Positions 1-10,327 of a DNA stretch of 64,000 nt are shown in pieces (positions within the stretch are counted from its first letter, which is position 1; each line of letters opens with the position of its first letter). The stretch is taken from positions 96,001 to 160,000 of the IMG/VR virus record IMGVR_UViG_3300048694_001005; one strand, written 5' to 3'. The position numbers and the translations under genes are program-made. Source of the DNA: a virus. A model generated the notes under the pieces. That model was not told the DNA's origin. It did no database searches and was given only the letters and a program-made list of their open reading frames with translations.

Positions 1-3000
1 AGTGCGGGTTGGCCTCTGGGTGGTAGTGGCGCATATCTAGCAGGTTCTGGCGGTGCTGCTGGTAATTATGTAGTAGGCAGCAATTTTGTGACCTGGAGCG
101 TAACTGGCACACGATTGGGAACAGCAGTAAGTGCAGCTAACAGTAAACGCTGGACCGTGAGCGTTTGGTGCAAGCGCAATAAAATGGGCACATCTGGTTT
201 ATTACAAGCAGGCGACAATCCAAGTGCCTACTATGCAGGCGAAAATATATTTTTCGATGCAGACGATCACATTGATTGGGTAAACGTTGTTGGCGGTAAT
301 CCAAACAGTTATTACTTTTGGGTCAGAACCAGCGCACAATTCAGAGACCCTAATGCTTGGTATCATATCGTAGCAGTTTGTGATATAACCAACGCCACCC
401 AAGCAGAAAGATTAAAAATCTATGTAAATGGGCAGAGGCAAACTCTAGAATTTTACCCCGGATATGCAGGCTATGGTATCAATGCTGGCACAGTATCGCG
501 TTGGGGCAATACTAGTTATAAACAAAATATAGGCAAAGGTTATGGCTATTATTTCAGCGGTAATCTAGCAGAGTTTCATTATGTTGATGGTGTTGCATTA
601 ACACCCGCTTCGTTTGGGCGTACAGATTACAAGACTGGCGAATGGATCGCTAAAAAATACACCGGTGGCTATGGCACTTATGGTGTTTATTTACCCTTTA
701 CTGATATTAGAACATATACAGATGGAAATTTATATCCTGTATCATTGGGATTTGATCAAAGACAAAAAATCACAAGATTGACCACGCCAGGTGCTACTAC
801 GTTTGTGGTACCAAGTTACACAAGTAACATAACCATAGAGGCATGGGGCGCGGGCGGTGGCGGTGGTGCTGGGCGTGTAGGTTATGGCGGCGGCGGATTA
901 GGACAGACTACTACTGTTTCAATCACTAGCCCACATCCTATAGGAACAGTAACATTGACTGCTGGTGGTGGATCAGGTGGCTCTCCTGTGTTCTCGGTTG
1001 GGTCGGGGGGCACAGCTTCGGGCGGAACAGTTAACACAAATGGTGACAGTGGTAGCGGCAATGCTGGCGCCACAGCACCCAGCGGCGGTGGCCCGGGAGG
1101 AGCAACCAGTCTCAATGGTGCACCAGGCTGGGCGCCCGGCGGTGGCGGTGCTGGCGGTTATGATTATGGAACCGGCGATGGCGGCGGCGGCGGCTCTGGT
1201 GCTTATGTCAGAAAAGTTTTTGCAGTAGGTGACTTGACGCCTGGACAAAATATTACAATTTTTGTTGGGAACGGCGGCGCGGGAGATCCTGCATATCCTA
1301 ATCAAGGAACATGGAGTGGCGGCCGCGGTGGCAACGGTATGGTACAGATTACAATAGATGGGAATAATTTGCCCATAAATTGGTATCCTGATGGGTCTTT
1401 AAGTTTATTATCTCCAGCCATTTACGAAAAAGATTTTGATAGCTTGAAAGACAGCCCATCCGCTTTTGGTAACAAAATACAACCAACTGGTAATTATTGT
1501 GTTTGGAATTCTGTTTACCCATCAACGTCTACAATAGCCGATGGCGGACTTTCTGTTGCAGCTGATGGAAATCGCACAGCAGTGGGAACAATGACGGTTA
1601 ACAAAGGCAAATGGTATTATGAAGTAAGAACTGGCGCAACTACAAATACCGGTTACCCAGTTTGGGGTATACATGATTTGTCCCACAATAAAAATGTGAC
1701 CGGCTATCCTGGTAGAGATGGGGTAACAGGTTGGGGCGTAAGTATTGGTCCATACACAGGCGATGGCTATACTAGGATTTATTTAAACGATAACGGTAAT
1801 TACTCTTTAACATATCTCACTTCCCCAGATCCTAGTGGGGTATGGAACACAAGTGACGTGATAATGATAGCTTTTGATGCTGACACAGGTAAATTTTGGG
1901 CTGGACGCAATGGTGTTTGGTACAATAATAGCAGTGGCAACCGAGGAGATCCAGCCGCAGGCACAAACCCGTTAACAACATACACGGTTAAGAGTTCTAG
2001 CGTGTTCGCACCAGGCGGCAGTGTTTATGATAGTACCATATCCTACGCCAATTTTGGTCAACAGTCATTCCGTGGTGCTTATGTATCAGGGTCAGGAAAT
2101 ACTTATACTGGATCCGGATTACCTCCTGCTGGATTTAAAGCTTGGACTAATGCCAATTTGCAATTGCCACAGATATACAAAGGCAACAAATATTTTGATG
2201 TGATAACTAGAACTGGAACAGGGACATCTGTGACAGTTACAGGGTTGGGATTCAAACCTGATCTGGTTTGGACTAAAATAAGAAACGATACCGGCAATCA
2301 TTATTTGGTTGATTCGGTTCGTGGTGTGAACAAATTATTGAGCACTAATGTAGTGACACAGGAAGTTACTGGAAATATTATAACAGGGTTTAGTAATGAC
2401 GGATATACTGTTGATGCAAGCCAAAATGCCACAGGAAAAACTTATGTTGACTGGGTGTGGCGAGCTGGGAATAACACTACTACAAATACAGCTGGACAAA
2501 ATAATGCTACTATTAGTTCTACATATTCGGCAAACACTCTAAGTAAATTTAGTATTGTAACGTATACTGGCAATGGACAAGCCGGCGCAACTATCGCTCA
2601 TGGTTTAGGGGTTAAGCCTGATTTTATAATCATAAAGAATAGAACTTCTGGCGCATTAATTACAGGGTCAGCGCAGTGGCCGGTATTCCATAAAGATCAA
2701 GGTGCGGTAAATGTTCCCTATTTAGAAGAAACAACTGCATATTATACAAGAGCTGGCAATTTCAATAACACCTTACCTACAAACCAAGTATTTTCGGTTG
2801 GTGGTACGGGTCAAACCGATTATCAAAATACTAATAAAAGTAATGACAACTATGTTGCTTATTGTTGGGCAGAAGTGCCGGGTTTTAGTAAATTTGGTAG
2901 TTACATAGGTAATGGCGGTACCGATGGCACATTTGTTTATTGTGGATTTAGGCCTGCTTTTATTTTAATGAAAGCAGTAGAGCAAACAAACTATTGGGCA

Positions 3001-3237
3001 ATTATTGACACAGCTCGTAACAGGTTTAATGTATCAAATTCTGAGCTGAATCCAAATAATCCAGTCCAGGAATTATCCGGTGATGGCAACACTTCAACGA
3101 ATGTTGACATTTTATCAAATGGATTTAAATTACGTGGCCTAGTATCAAATCCTAGTGGTATAAAACAGATATTTGCTGCTTTTGCAGAAGCGCCAGATAA
3201 GTATGCAAATGCATCAAAACCAAAACCTACCCAATAG
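1..3237 (+). CDS. Tail fibre/receptor-binding virion protein (LamG/ConA-like, Gly-rich and SPRY-like modules), 5'-truncated
   Basis: The frame is open from position 1, so the ORF-track start at 88 is internal. Motifs: WYHIVAV and FSGNLAEFHYVDGVAL (LamG-like), WGAGGGGG Gly-rich block, GKWYYEV...IAFDADTGKFWAGRNG (SPRY-like), GFKPDLVWTK/PDFIIIK repeats typical of large myovirus fibres. Confidence 0.8.
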   Translation, partial: SAGWPLGGSGAYLAGSGGAAGNYVVGSNFVTWSVTGTRLGTAVSAANSKRWTVSVWCKRNKMGTSGLLQAGDNPSAYYAGENIFFDADDHIDWVNVVGGNPNSYYFWVRTSAQFRDPNAWYHIVAVCDITNATQAERLKIYVNGQRQTLEFYPGYAGYGINAGTVSRWGNTSYKQNIGKGYGYYFSGNLAEFHYVDGVALTPASFGRTDYKTGEWIAKKYTGGYGTYGVYLPFTDIRTYTDGNLYPVSLGFDQRQKITRLTTPGATTFVVPSYTSNITIEAWGAGGGGGAGRVGYGGGGLGQTTTVSITSPHPIGTVTLTAGGGSGGSPVFSVGSGGTASGGTVNTNGDSGSGNAGATAPSGGGPGGATSLNGAPGWAPGGGGAGGYDYGTGDGGGGGSGAYVRKVFAVGDLTPGQNITIFVGNGGAGDPAYPNQGTWSGGRGGNGMVQITIDGNNLPINWYPDGSLSLLSPAIYEKDFDSLKDSPSAFGNKIQPTGNYCVWNSVYPSTSTIADGGLSVAADGNRTAVGTMTVNKGKWYYEVRTGATTNTGYPVWGIHDLSHNKNVTGYPGRDGVTGWGVSIGPYTGDGYTRIYLNDNGNYSLTYLTSPDPSGVWNTSDVIMIAFDADTGKFWAGRNGVWYNNSSGNRGDPAAGTNPLTTYTVKSSSVFAPGGSVYDSTISYANFGQQSFRGAYVSGSGNTYTGSGLPPAGFKAWTNANLQLPQIYKGNKYFDVITRTGTGTSVTVTGLGFKPDLVWTKIRNDTGNHYLVDSVRGVNKLLSTNVVTQEVTGNIITGFSNDGYTVDASQNATGKTYVDWVWRAGNNTTTNTAGQNNATISSTYSANTLSKFSIVTYTGNGQAGATIAHGLGVKPDFIIIKNRTSGALITGSAQWPVFHKDQGAVNVPYLEETTAYYTRAGNFNNTLPTNQVFSVGGTGQTDYQNTNKSNDNYVAYCWAEVPGFSKFGSYIGNGGTDGTFVYCGFRPAFILMKAVEQTNYWAIIDTARNRFNVSNSELNPNNPVQELSGDGNTSTNVDILSNGFKLRGLVSNPSGIKQIFAAFAEAPDKYANASKPKPTQ

Positions 3238-3322
3238 TACAGGAATATTTGTATTCAACTATATAGTGAGCGGTATTTAATCCTGTGGTCAAATAAATAC
3301 TATATTAACAGGATTAGTGCTC

Positions 3323-5692
3323 ATGAGTAGATTAAGTGTCAATATAGGTAATCAAAATAACGACGGTACTGGTGACGGTATAAGAGATGCTTTTGTCAAA
3401 GTAAACAGCAATTTTACCGAACTTTACAACGTCAATAACATGGGTGCTAGCCAACTTGCGGTTGATGCAGTTAGTGCAGCATTACAAACAGAAATAACAA
3501 ATAGACAGGCCGCAAGTGCCGTTATAGAATCACATGTAAACGCAGTAAGTGCGTCTCTTAATACTATTAGCGTAAACCAAGTCAGCACTGCAAATAAAAT
3601 AAGTGCAATACTTAATAGTAATACGACATTAAATGGTACTACATATGATTTCGCTCACGTAACGAACAGTACTAGCGTGGGATCAGGGACTGTTGTAATA
3701 GCCGGTGGTGCTGGTGTAGCTGGTAATATTTTTGCTGGCGCACTATATACAGACAACTACTATTTGGCCAATGGCGATCCATTTGGCGGTGGTGGCGGTG
3801 GTGGCAGCGGAGTTGTAGGTTCCGGAACTTCTGGACAATTCGCGTACTATCAAAATTCTGGTACGTCAGTCAAAGGTGCAGCAAACGTTGGCTACGATAC
3901 AAATAGATTAACTTTAAGCAGCGGCAACGCGGCAACGTCAACCAGCACAGGAGCATTAGTTATATCTGGCGGTGGTGGTGTTGGCATTGACGGAAATGTT
4001 TATATTGGCGGCAATTTAAATCTAAATGGACAAGATATAAGCGCGGCGGTAGCTTCTATCAATCAAGAAATTAGCGCCATTAGCAACCAAGTTAGCGTGA
4101 TTAGTCAAACACTTAGCGTAGTAAATGTTAACGTAGCAACGGAAACAAGTGCAAGAATTGCAACTAGTGCAGCTTTAGAAGCACACATAAACGCAGTAAG
4201 TGCGGCAGCTGGTGATACTAGTGCAATTAATGCAGCCGTAAATACCTTAAGCAATACTGTATCAGCATTTAATGATAAACTTCTTAGTGTAGGTATCGAA
4301 TTAAGTTCTAGGATTGATTCCGCAGTAGTAAAAATAAACACAGTTAGCAATGCGGTAAGTGTGGTAAGCAATGCCGTGAGTATTGTATCAGTGGCAGCAG
4401 CAAATGCAGTTAGTATAGCCAACGCAGCAAGTAATGCGGTATCGGTAGAAGTAGCAAACCGCCAATCAGCAAGTGCCGCATTACAGAGTGCTATTAATAC
4501 GGTAAGCAATGCAGTAAGCGTTGTTAGCAACGCAGTGAGTGTAGAAACTGCCAACAGAGTTAGCGCAGATTTGGCGCTCAGTGCAGCTATTACAAGTGTA
4601 TTTGCAACCAAAGCAAGTCCAACATTCACCGGCACTGTTACGTTATCAGATAATAATGCAAACACGGTTGTATATTTGAACAGCAGCAAAGCTATTACTA
4701 CAAGTAATTTGCTAACATTTACTGGTACGAATCTGGGCATTGGAACAGGACTCACTACTCCTGTTAACAAACTACACGTGAATGGTTCTATTTCGTTTGG
4801 TGGCACGGCGAATGTTCAAACTATAAGTTCTGATGGCAGTAATAACTTTGTATTAAACAGCTATGCGGCTCAAATCTTCCAAATTGCAAGTTCTGAAAAA
4901 TTACGTGTGGATACTAATGGCAATGTAGGTATAGGCACAAGCTCACCTACAGAACTATTGGCAGTATCTTCTTCAAATTCAAAACCTGCTAGGATTGCAT
5001 CAACCTCGGCCAGCAATAACAATAAGTTAATTTTGGAAACTTCTGGTGTTGGTTCCACTATGGGTGTATGGATAACTAATTCATATGGTAATACCAGCGT
5101 GTCATTTAATGAAACTGCTGGTGCTTTGGTATTTGCGACTGGTGGTAACAATACCGGTGGATCCGACACACCAACAGAACGTATGCGTATTATTTCTACT
5201 GGTAACGTAGGTATTGGCACCAGCTCTCCTGCATACACTTTAGATGTTTCTGGAACCGCGAGGTTCACTGGTAACTTGACGGCAAATAACTTTTCTGGCA
5301 GTGGCGTAACCGCAGTATATGCGGACTTAGCAGAAAATTACACAGCCGATGCTAACTACGAACCTGGTACTGTTTTACAGTTTGGTACGGAAACGGAAGT
5401 AACGGCCTGTGAAAACGATGAAACCAACAAGATAGTGGGAGTTGTTAGTAGACAGCCTGCTTATTTAATGAACTCAACACTAACAGCTTCATATGTCGTA
5501 CCTGTTGCGTTATTGGGACGTGTACCTTGCAAAGTTTTGGGTCCTATCAATAGGGGAGATCTGCTGGTGGGCACAACTGGCGGTAGAGCTCGTGCCGAAC
5601 GATCACCCAAACCCGGTAGTTTGATAGGCAAAGCACTGGAAGATTTTTATGGTACCGATGGTATGATAGAAATCATAGTTGGTTTGAAATAA
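3323..5692 (+). CDS. Tail fibre with gp9/gp10-like N-terminal attachment motif, coiled-coil heptads and C-terminal intramolecular-chaperone (peptidase G2/IMC-like) domain
   Basis: N-terminal NIGNQNNDGTGDGIRDAFVKVNSNFTELY; VSNAVSV heptads; GNVGIGTSSP repeats; C-terminal ADLAENY...PGTV...VVSRQPAYLMN...VALLGRVPCKV. ATG at 3323 preferred; AATAAATA late-promoter-like site at about 3292. Confidence 0.8.
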   Translation: MSRLSVNIGNQNNDGTGDGIRDAFVKVNSNFTELYNVNNMGASQLAVDAVSAALQTEITNRQAASAVIESHVNAVSASLNTISVNQVSTANKISAILNSNTTLNGTTYDFAHVTNSTSVGSGTVVIAGGAGVAGNIFAGALYTDNYYLANGDPFGGGGGGGSGVVGSGTSGQFAYYQNSGTSVKGAANVGYDTNRLTLSSGNAATSTSTGALVISGGGGVGIDGNVYIGGNLNLNGQDISAAVASINQEISAISNQVSVISQTLSVVNVNVATETSARIATSAALEAHINAVSAAAGDTSAINAAVNTLSNTVSAFNDKLLSVGIELSSRIDSAVVKINTVSNAVSVVSNAVSIVSVAAANAVSIANAASNAVSVEVANRQSASAALQSAINTVSNAVSVVSNAVSVETANRVSADLALSAAITSVFATKASPTFTGTVTLSDNNANTVVYLNSSKAITTSNLLTFTGTNLGIGTGLTTPVNKLHVNGSISFGGTANVQTISSDGSNNFVLNSYAAQIFQIASSEKLRVDTNGNVGIGTSSPTELLAVSSSNSKPARIASTSASNNNKLILETSGVGSTMGVWITNSYGNTSVSFNETAGALVFATGGNNTGGSDTPTERMRIISTGNVGIGTSSPAYTLDVSGTARFTGNLTANNFSGSGVTAVYADLAENYTADANYEPGTVLQFGTETEVTACENDETNKIVGVVSRQPAYLMNSTLTASYVVPVALLGRVPCKVLGPINRGDLLVGTTGGRARAERSPKPGSLIGKALEDFYGTDGMIEIIVGLK

Positions 5693-5738
5693 TTCTCCTA
5701 CAATTTAAGCTGATAAGTAGTAGTATATTATTACTACT

Positions 5739-7841
5739 ATGGCAGACAAGATCAAAGAACCAAAACGCATAGACGATGTTGAAAAAAGCAAGTTAGACGT
5801 CGTTTATTGTATACCCTTAGAGCAGCGCGATGCTCAAATGCGTGAAAATATAGCAAGAATACGTCCACGCATACAACCAGGTCCCATCACGCATGAGCCC
5901 ATAGCTATAGTTGGTTTTGGTCCCAGCCTAAATGATACCTGGGAAGAAATTCGCAAGTTTAAATACATTTTCACTGGCAGCGGTAGCCATAAATTTTTGG
6001 TTGATCGCGATATCATACCAACCCATCATGCCGAAGTGGACCCACGCGAGCATAAAATTGATTTGATGGGCACACCACAAGTTGGTACAGAATATTTGAT
6101 AGCAAGTTGTTGCCATCCTAAATTACTGGACCACTTAGAGGGCTACAATACAAAGTTGTGGCACATACATTCCGGTGATAACGCACAAATGTTACCTACA
6201 GTATTTCCTCGTGGCGAATACATTTTAACTGGCGGTAGCAATGTGGGGTTACGCTCCATGGTACTTGCGCGTTTCCTTGGATTTGTAAACATGCATGTAT
6301 TTGGTATGGATTGTAGTATGAGTAATGAAGGTAAAAGTCATGCAGAATTCCATCCCAAAGGTAGCAAAGGATATTATTTAACAGATTATGAAGGCGTAGA
6401 GTACAAGGTTACACAGCCACTAGTGGAATACGCTAGACAGTTCTTTCATGAACTAAAACAAATGCCCGAAGTCAACATTACATTATATGGAAAAGGATTA
6501 CTTCAACATATGGCCGAGAAAAAACTTGAAAAACCAAATCAGCTTAAAAAGCCCAAGAAAGAAATAGCTTACATTAATCCCAAAGTGATTACTGAAGAAT
6601 ATTTAAAGTTGAACAAAACATTGCATGAGCAAAATCCCAATTATGGTGTAAGCGGCGCAAAACGTGCAGATGTAGTAATTAAACTATCAGAAAGCATGAA
6701 TACCAAAAATATATTGGATTACGGCTGCGGCAAAGGTATGTTAGCCAAGAAATTGCCGTTTCCAATATGGGAATATGATCCTGCTATACCGGGCAAAGAT
6801 GCAGCGCCGCGTCCCGCCGAACTTGTAATTTGTACAGATGTATTGGAACACATAGAGCCAGATTTGTTGGATAATGTGCTACAAGACATCGCTCGTTGCA
6901 CTCTACAAACTGCTTACGTTATCATAGCTACTTTCCCTGCACAAAAAACGCTACCAGATGGCAGAAACGCACATCTCATTCAACAAGGTGCTGATTGGTG
7001 GCGTGCTAGATTGGAAAAGTTCTTTGAAGTGGCTAAAATTATAGAAAGTAAAGACAAGGAACTGCATATAGTTCTTGCACCCAAGCTGCCAGAAAAGTCC
7101 ATGGTAAGTACAAAAACTGATCTAACAAAGGTTACTTTTAACAATACAGAATTAGTTTACGCCACACCAAATGATGCTACACGTTGGCGTGCTAATAGTA
7201 TGTTCACTAAAGAACCTATCACTATTGAATGGCTGCAAAAACTTACCGCCAACGATGTATTGTATGATGTAGGTGCAAATATAGGTATTTATAGCATTTT
7301 TGCTGCTAAAATCGCAGGAGCAAAAGTATATGCGTTTGAACCAGAATCACAAAATTACAGTATACTGAATCGTAACATTGTTTTAAATGGTGTGCAGGAT
7401 CTTGTAAATGCATATTGTATAGCACTGAGTGATGAAACTAAGATAACACAACTGCATCTCAGCAGCTTTGACTACGGCGGTAGTTGTCACAGTGTAGACG
7501 ACAAAGTTGATTTTAAACACGAACCCATGACGCCTAAATACAGCCAGGGTTGTGTTAGCAATAGAATTGATGCTTTGATAGCATTTGGATTGCCAGCACC
7601 CACGCATATCAAACTGGATGTAGATGGATTCGAACCTAAGGTCATTGCTGGCGGTCGTGGGGCATTACGTAATGTTCGAAGTTTGATAATTGAAATCAAT
7701 CAAAACCTCGAAGACCATCAGCAGCTAATCAAGTTCTTGGCTGACAATGGGTACAAATTTGACCCTGCTCAAGTCGCAGCCGCAGAAAGACAATCTGGTG
7801 CATTCAAAGGAGTAGCAGAATATGTTTTCACACGCGACTGA
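5739..7841 (+). CDS. Three-domain protein: Maf/MptE-like (DUF115) + class I SAM methyltransferase + FkbM methyltransferase
   Basis: IAIVGFGPSL...LVDRDIIPTHHAEVDP and FGMDCS (Maf/DUF115-like); ILDYGCGKG...VICTDVLEHI; YDVGANIG...AFEPE...IKLDVDGFE (FkbM). Confidence 0.75.
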   Translation: MADKIKEPKRIDDVEKSKLDVVYCIPLEQRDAQMRENIARIRPRIQPGPITHEPIAIVGFGPSLNDTWEEIRKFKYIFTGSGSHKFLVDRDIIPTHHAEVDPREHKIDLMGTPQVGTEYLIASCCHPKLLDHLEGYNTKLWHIHSGDNAQMLPTVFPRGEYILTGGSNVGLRSMVLARFLGFVNMHVFGMDCSMSNEGKSHAEFHPKGSKGYYLTDYEGVEYKVTQPLVEYARQFFHELKQMPEVNITLYGKGLLQHMAEKKLEKPNQLKKPKKEIAYINPKVITEEYLKLNKTLHEQNPNYGVSGAKRADVVIKLSESMNTKNILDYGCGKGMLAKKLPFPIWEYDPAIPGKDAAPRPAELVICTDVLEHIEPDLLDNVLQDIARCTLQTAYVIIATFPAQKTLPDGRNAHLIQQGADWWRARLEKFFEVAKIIESKDKELHIVLAPKLPEKSMVSTKTDLTKVTFNNTELVYATPNDATRWRANSMFTKEPITIEWLQKLTANDVLYDVGANIGIYSIFAAKIAGAKVYAFEPESQNYSILNRNIVLNGVQDLVNAYCIALSDETKITQLHLSSFDYGGSCHSVDDKVDFKHEPMTPKYSQGCVSNRIDALIAFGLPAPTHIKLDVDGFEPKVIAGGRGALRNVRSLIIEINQNLEDHQQLIKFLADNGYKFDPAQVAAAERQSGAFKGVAEYVFTRD

Positions 7842-8523
7842 ATATGTTAAGCATCGTTTTGTAGAATGTAACATAACTGAAACTCCGTATCCACACTTGC
7901 AGATAGATAATATTCTGCCGGCGGATTTGTATGAAGCAATGATGACCAACAAAATAGATGAACGCTACCTTGCCACACTAAAAGAACTAAAGCGTGTAGG
8001 TAGTGCGTATCCCGAAACCAGACGTGTTTTAAGTTTGAAACCTGACATGCCACAGTTGCCGGATAGTTACAAGGCTTTTTGGCAAGAATTAGCTGTTTGG
8101 TTTTTGACCGATTTTAAAAATATAGTACTGGGAAAATTTGATGCTCATATTCGCAGCAGGTTTGGGACGATTCCCATGCTATATCCTGAAGCACTTTATA
8201 CCTATGACAGCACAACTTATGCGTTAGGTCCACATACAGATAGCACAAAGAAAGTACTTACCTTATTGCTATATTTGCCTAAAGATGATACACTAAGTCA
8301 TTTGGGAACAAGTATGTATGAGCCCATTGATTCTAAATTTGTATGTGAAGGTGGGCCACATCACAAATTCCATAAATTTAGATTAGTAAAAACAGCACCC
8401 TTCAAACCTAATACGTTATTTGGTTTCTTTAAAACTAATAATAGTTTTCACGGCGTAGAACCCATCAAGGAAAGTATACGCAGAGATCTGTTAATTTACG
8501 ATATACAAACTGTTAAGACTTAA
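7822..8523 (+). CDS. 2OG-Fe(II) dioxygenase (prolyl-hydroxylase-like)
   Basis: HTD (HxD), distal HGV and R ligands, LTLLLYL strand, FKPNTLFGF. Confidence 0.75.
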   Translation: MFSHATEYVKHRFVECNITETPYPHLQIDNILPADLYEAMMTNKIDERYLATLKELKRVGSAYPETRRVLSLKPDMPQLPDSYKAFWQELAVWFLTDFKNIVLGKFDAHIRSRFGTIPMLYPEALYTYDSTTYALGPHTDSTKKVLTLLLYLPKDDTLSHLGTSMYEPIDSKFVCEGGPHHKFHKFRLVKTAPFKPNTLFGFFKTNNSFHGVEPIKESIRRDLLIYDIQTVKT

Positions 8524-8938
8524 CTGCATTAATCACAGTTTGTATTTTTTGTTGTATCTCATCAATTTTAAAAGTGCCATATACGCCTGGATGCAATGGC
8601 TTGGGATAAGATTCTAAATCACACCAAGCATAACCCTTGTGCTCGTCATTTAGTGTGGGTATAAATTCATTATCTACTAGTATAAGATATGTGTTATAGG
8701 TAAATTGCTCATTTAAACTAGTAAAAAGATCAACGGGTATTATTTTAGCATTACTTAAATCTCTGCCGGTTTCTTCCCGGATCTCACGTAATAAAGCAGC
8801 GGCAGCGGTCTCCCCTAATTCAGTTTTGCCGCCTACTAGTCCCCACGTGTTAGTATAACCCACACCATTACGTAGAAGAAACAGGAACCTATTTGTCGAC
8901 TTTGCGTATATTAACGTACCTACTGCTTGAATTGACAC
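8513..8938 (-). CDS. NUDIX hydrolase
   Basis: Nudix box GGKTELGETAAAALLREIREETG. Confidence 0.9.
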   Translation of the reverse strand: MSIQAVGTLIYAKSTNRFLFLLRNGVGYTNTWGLVGGKTELGETAAAALLREIREETGRDLSNAKIIPVDLFTSLNEQFTYNTYLILVDNEFIPTLNDEHKGYAWCDLESYPKPLHPGVYGTFKIDEIQQKIQTVINAVKS

Positions 8939-8947
8939 TATGACACC

Positions 8948-10327
8948 TTATAAAACTATAGACCAACGCCCGTTTTTATATTCACCTTCGTAACTGCGAA
9001 TCCAATGACTACCGGTCCATTTATATTGTTGATTAGTTGCAATATTTGTTACGTATTTAATTTCCAAAGTTTCCCTAGAATCTAAACTTACTACCCATTG
9101 AGTACCATTATATTGAATAATATCGTTGGCATTGGCAACAAGATCCTGTGACCCTGTGCCTTTCCAAGCATCTGCACCATCAATATTGGCCGCATCACCT
9201 ATGCTTTGCGTCAAAATGTAACGTTGCCCTGTAGTTGCTGCTGGTAATCCTGCGCCAGGACCTTTAGTAAGTGGATTAATTATAGCATTAACCGCAGCTT
9301 CTGTGTCAACAGGTATGGTATCTTGATTTACTGTAAACAATAATACACTATCATCAGTAGGATGAAATGCCACCGTACCAATTACTTCTGTTTCCTCATC
9401 GCTCTGCAACAAACGAATTTGGCTTATACCCTCCGTGAGTTTACCATACACATTGATTAGAGCACGCCAATTGTCTCTTGTACCGTTTTTGCTTAAGTTT
9501 GGATTAGTTGTATCCTGGTATTTTAGTAGAGTAAGTTGATTACCATTTAGTATAACGCCATAGTTCATGGGTGTATAGTAAGAACGATTGCCTAACAAGG
9601 TCCATTGATCAATATTGTCTAGATTTAAATTGCCATGAGCATCATATATGCCGCCTATGATTTTTTGTATCACGCCCAGTTTTTTAATTTTCACTGGTGC
9701 GCTGATCCAGATTGGCATTTCAAAAGTATATGTAAAGATGTCTATTGGGTCATCAGTGCCAACCGGGATAGATCTACTGCTCCAGCTGGTATCAGTTAAT
9801 GTGACTACACTTAAACTGGTCCAGTCAACGTAGTTGTCTGTACTTTGTACTTCGATACTGGGGTTAAACAACCAACCTAACTGTTCAATAATTTGCAGTT
9901 TTTGTTCTGTATTGCTGGTCCATATATCTGCCTTAATTGTTAGCTTATATGGAGCCGGCATTAATCGCTCAATAGTAAAAGCGTTACCCTGCGTAGTTTG
10001 ATATTCACCGGTATGCTCGTCATAAGCACGTTCTCTTATGTGCATATTGCTAACAAAATAGGGATTCTGTACACGCTCACGATCATAGGCTAGTCCAGAA
10101 ATATAACAACTAATCATGGGCACTGTGTTTAAAGTATTTTCGCTATTATTGCGAAGAATATTTGCAGCTTGACGGCTACTGTCGCCATAACGTGCAGGAA
10201 CTCTTTGCAATGTTACATTTCCCTCGGTGTCCTTGCCAAATTGAACTTGAAAGTTACTCATCAGTCTTATAAACTGTATAAGGTAACGTTTGATTTGCTC
10301 ATCATAAAAAAATGGAACTGCGGTCAT
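8948..10327 (-). CDS. Tail terminator/sheath stabiliser (T4 gp15-like) with extended C-terminal domain
   Basis: FFYDEQIKRYLIQFIRLMSNFQV...VPARYGD; MPAPYKLTIKADIWTSNTEQKLQIIEQLGWLFNP; lies next to the neck genes. Confidence 0.7.
   Translation of the reverse strand: MTAVPFFYDEQIKRYLIQFIRLMSNFQVQFGKDTEGNVTLQRVPARYGDSSRQAANILRNNSENTLNTVPMISCYISGLAYDRERVQNPYFVSNMHIRERAYDEHTGEYQTTQGNAFTIERLMPAPYKLTIKADIWTSNTEQKLQIIEQLGWLFNPSIEVQSTDNYVDWTSLSVVTLTDTSWSSRSIPVGTDDPIDIFTYTFEMPIWISAPVKIKKLGVIQKIIGGIYDAHGNLNLDNIDQWTLLGNRSYYTPMNYGVILNGNQLTLLKYQDTTNPNLSKNGTRDNWRALINVYGKLTEGISQIRLLQSDEETEVIGTVAFHPTDDSVLLFTVNQDTIPVDTEAAVNAIINPLTKGPGAGLPAATTGQRYILTQSIGDAANIDGADAWKGTGSQDLVANANDIIQYNGTQWVVSLDSRETLEIKYVTNIATNQQYKWTGSHWIRSYEGEYKNGRWSIVL

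Noticed and set aside
4105-5268. Long antisense ORFs opposite the tail fibre
   Set aside because: Shadow frames of a repetitive Ala/Val/Ser-rich gene, with no RBS or promoter; the same applies to most short opposite-strand ORFs in the track.
1-5692. Diversity-generating retroelement or invertible fibre cassette
   Set aside because: No reverse transcriptase, no TR/VR pair differing at adenines, and no invertase or inverted repeats recognised in the window.
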